Shown: piece by piece, positions 63,193 through 64,000 of the stretch
Layout: the number at the start of each line of letters is the position of its first letter
Position numbering within the stretch: the stretch's first letter is position 1
DNA from: a candidate division WOR-3 bacterium
Lineage (GTDB): Bacteria; Hydrothermota; Tepidihabitantia; SM23-42; JAOAFX01
Assembly (NCBI GenBank): GCA_039802265.1
Contig: JBDRWI010000001.1
Span: 4,264-68,263, forward strand
Direction of reading: 5' to 3'
DNA: 64,000 bases
Notes under the pieces: generated by a model
The model's input: the letters and a program-made list of their open reading frames with translations, nothing else
Databases searched by the model: none
Told to the model about the DNA's origin: nothing
Program-made: the position numbers and the translations under genes

Positions 63193-64000
63193 ATCCTGCC
63201 CTCTTGACACAATCCCGCACAATCTGTGCATCATCAAAGGGAATCTTCCGGTCCTTAAGTATCTGGTACTCCTCATGCCCTTTTCCGGCAATTAAAAGGA
63301 TATCACCGTCTTCTTTAAATCCAATTCCATATTCAATTGCTGCTTTGCGGTCCAGGATTACTTTGTAGTTTCGGTTGGTAATCCCCCTCTTTATATCCTC
63401 AATGATCCTTTCCGGCTCCTCCCCACGGGGATTGTCTGAGGTAAGTATAACAAAATCTGCAAGGTCACTGGCTATCTTACCCATCTTTGGTCTCTTATCC
63501 CAATCCCTTTCTCCCCCACAACCAAATACCACAATCAGCCGTTTATGGGGGTATCTTCTCAATGACAGAAGCACATTCTGTAAGGCATCCGGTGTATGGG
63601 CATAGTCAACAAATATTCCATTTTCCACCTGTTCCATACGTCCCTTCACACCAACAAGAGATTCAATACCCTTGATGACAGCAGTGGTGGACAACCCCAG
63701 TGCCACACCAGTCGCAAAGCTGGCGAGGATATTATAGGCATTAAAACGCCCAATTAATTTAGAACTTACAATAAAACTATTTCCCTGATAATCTATCTTC
63801 AATTTCATCCCATCTATTGAGTCCTCAAGGACCTCACCGCTGACTGTGGCACCTTTGTTCATACCATAGGTTATAATCTTTCTCATGTTCATCCGGGCGA
63901 TTTCATTATATATCGGGTCATCGCAATTAACCAATGCAATTCCATCCTTGCTCAAAAGCGAAAATATTTTTAACTTCGAATTTTTATATTCATCCATCGT
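63185..64000 (-). CDS. murE: UDP-N-acetylmuramoyl-L-alanyl-D-glutamate--2,6-diaminopimelate ligase (C-terminal part; the gene runs off the window)
   Basis: VDYAHTPDAL, and GCGGERD...KRP followed by the meso-DAP-type DNPR motif (TSDNPRGE). The ORF is open to the window edge. Confidence 0.9.
   Translation of the reverse strand, partial: TMDEYKNSKLKIFSLLSKDGIALVNCDDPIYNEIARMNMRKIITYGMNKGATVSGEVLEDSIDGMKLKIDYQGNSFIVSSKLIGRFNAYNILASFATGVALGLSTTAVIKGIESLVGVKGRMEQVENGIFVDYAHTPDALQNVLLSLRRYPHKRLIVVFGCGGERDWDKRPKMGKIASDLADFVILTSDNPRGEEPERIIEDIKRGITNRNYKVILDRKAAIEYGIGFKEDGDILLIAGKGHEEYQILKDRKIPFDDAQIVRDCVKRAGYV

Overview
A 64-kb, densely packed chromosomal segment from an AT-rich Gram-negative bacterium. 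Four secreted proteins end in T9SS-type C-terminal sorting domains, which suggests (by inference) an FCB-group or related candidate phylum. I count about 56 protein genes and saw no rRNA, tRNA, CRISPR array, integrase or intact transposase. From left to right, the plus strand starts with ispG, a GATase, an M24 peptidase and a GT-C glycosyltransferase. Two T9SS-tagged secreted proteins follow. Next is a tightly coupled three-gene signalling operon: a zinc-ribbon/class III cyclase-STAND ATPase-TPR protein, a mini-cyclase and a HEAT-repeat protein. The short intergenic hub at 13970-14203 holds two perfect back-to-back sigma70-type promoters. One drives a 50-aa membrane peptide. The other drives a roughly 77-nt non-coding transcript ending in a very strong UUCG-loop terminator, which I call a candidate sRNA. 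After that come an RluA-family synthase, SpoIID, an OMP, a DUF1015 operon, serA, and an unusual transposase-HTH/TPR/SARP-type regulator divergent from a T9SS beta-propeller protein. Then rdgB, a SPOR protein, and the lemA-htpX-DUF3108-manC operon, followed by a radical SAM enzyme divergent from a CDF transporter. Further right are a crotonase/HBD/thiolase cluster, birA, cobO, rpoZ-coaBC-dnaB-mlaEFD-radA-PIN/TRAM-M42, and a 1564-aa T9SS giant surface protein. The window ends with a D-cysteine desulfhydrase-like gene and a complete minus-strand dcw cluster (murE-murF-mraY-murD-ftsW-murG-murC-murB-miniFtsQ-ftsA-ftsZ, then ddl). Two recurring sequence-level themes stand out. Near-consensus TTGACA-N16/17-TATAAT promoters are unusually easy to read. 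At least six genes have the -10 box only 6-8 nt before the start codon, implying leaderless mRNAs that coexist with strong AGGAGG-led genes. One gene (manC-like) can only encode its conserved N-terminus if it starts at AUU. All functional calls come from motif recognition by eye; no database search was run.
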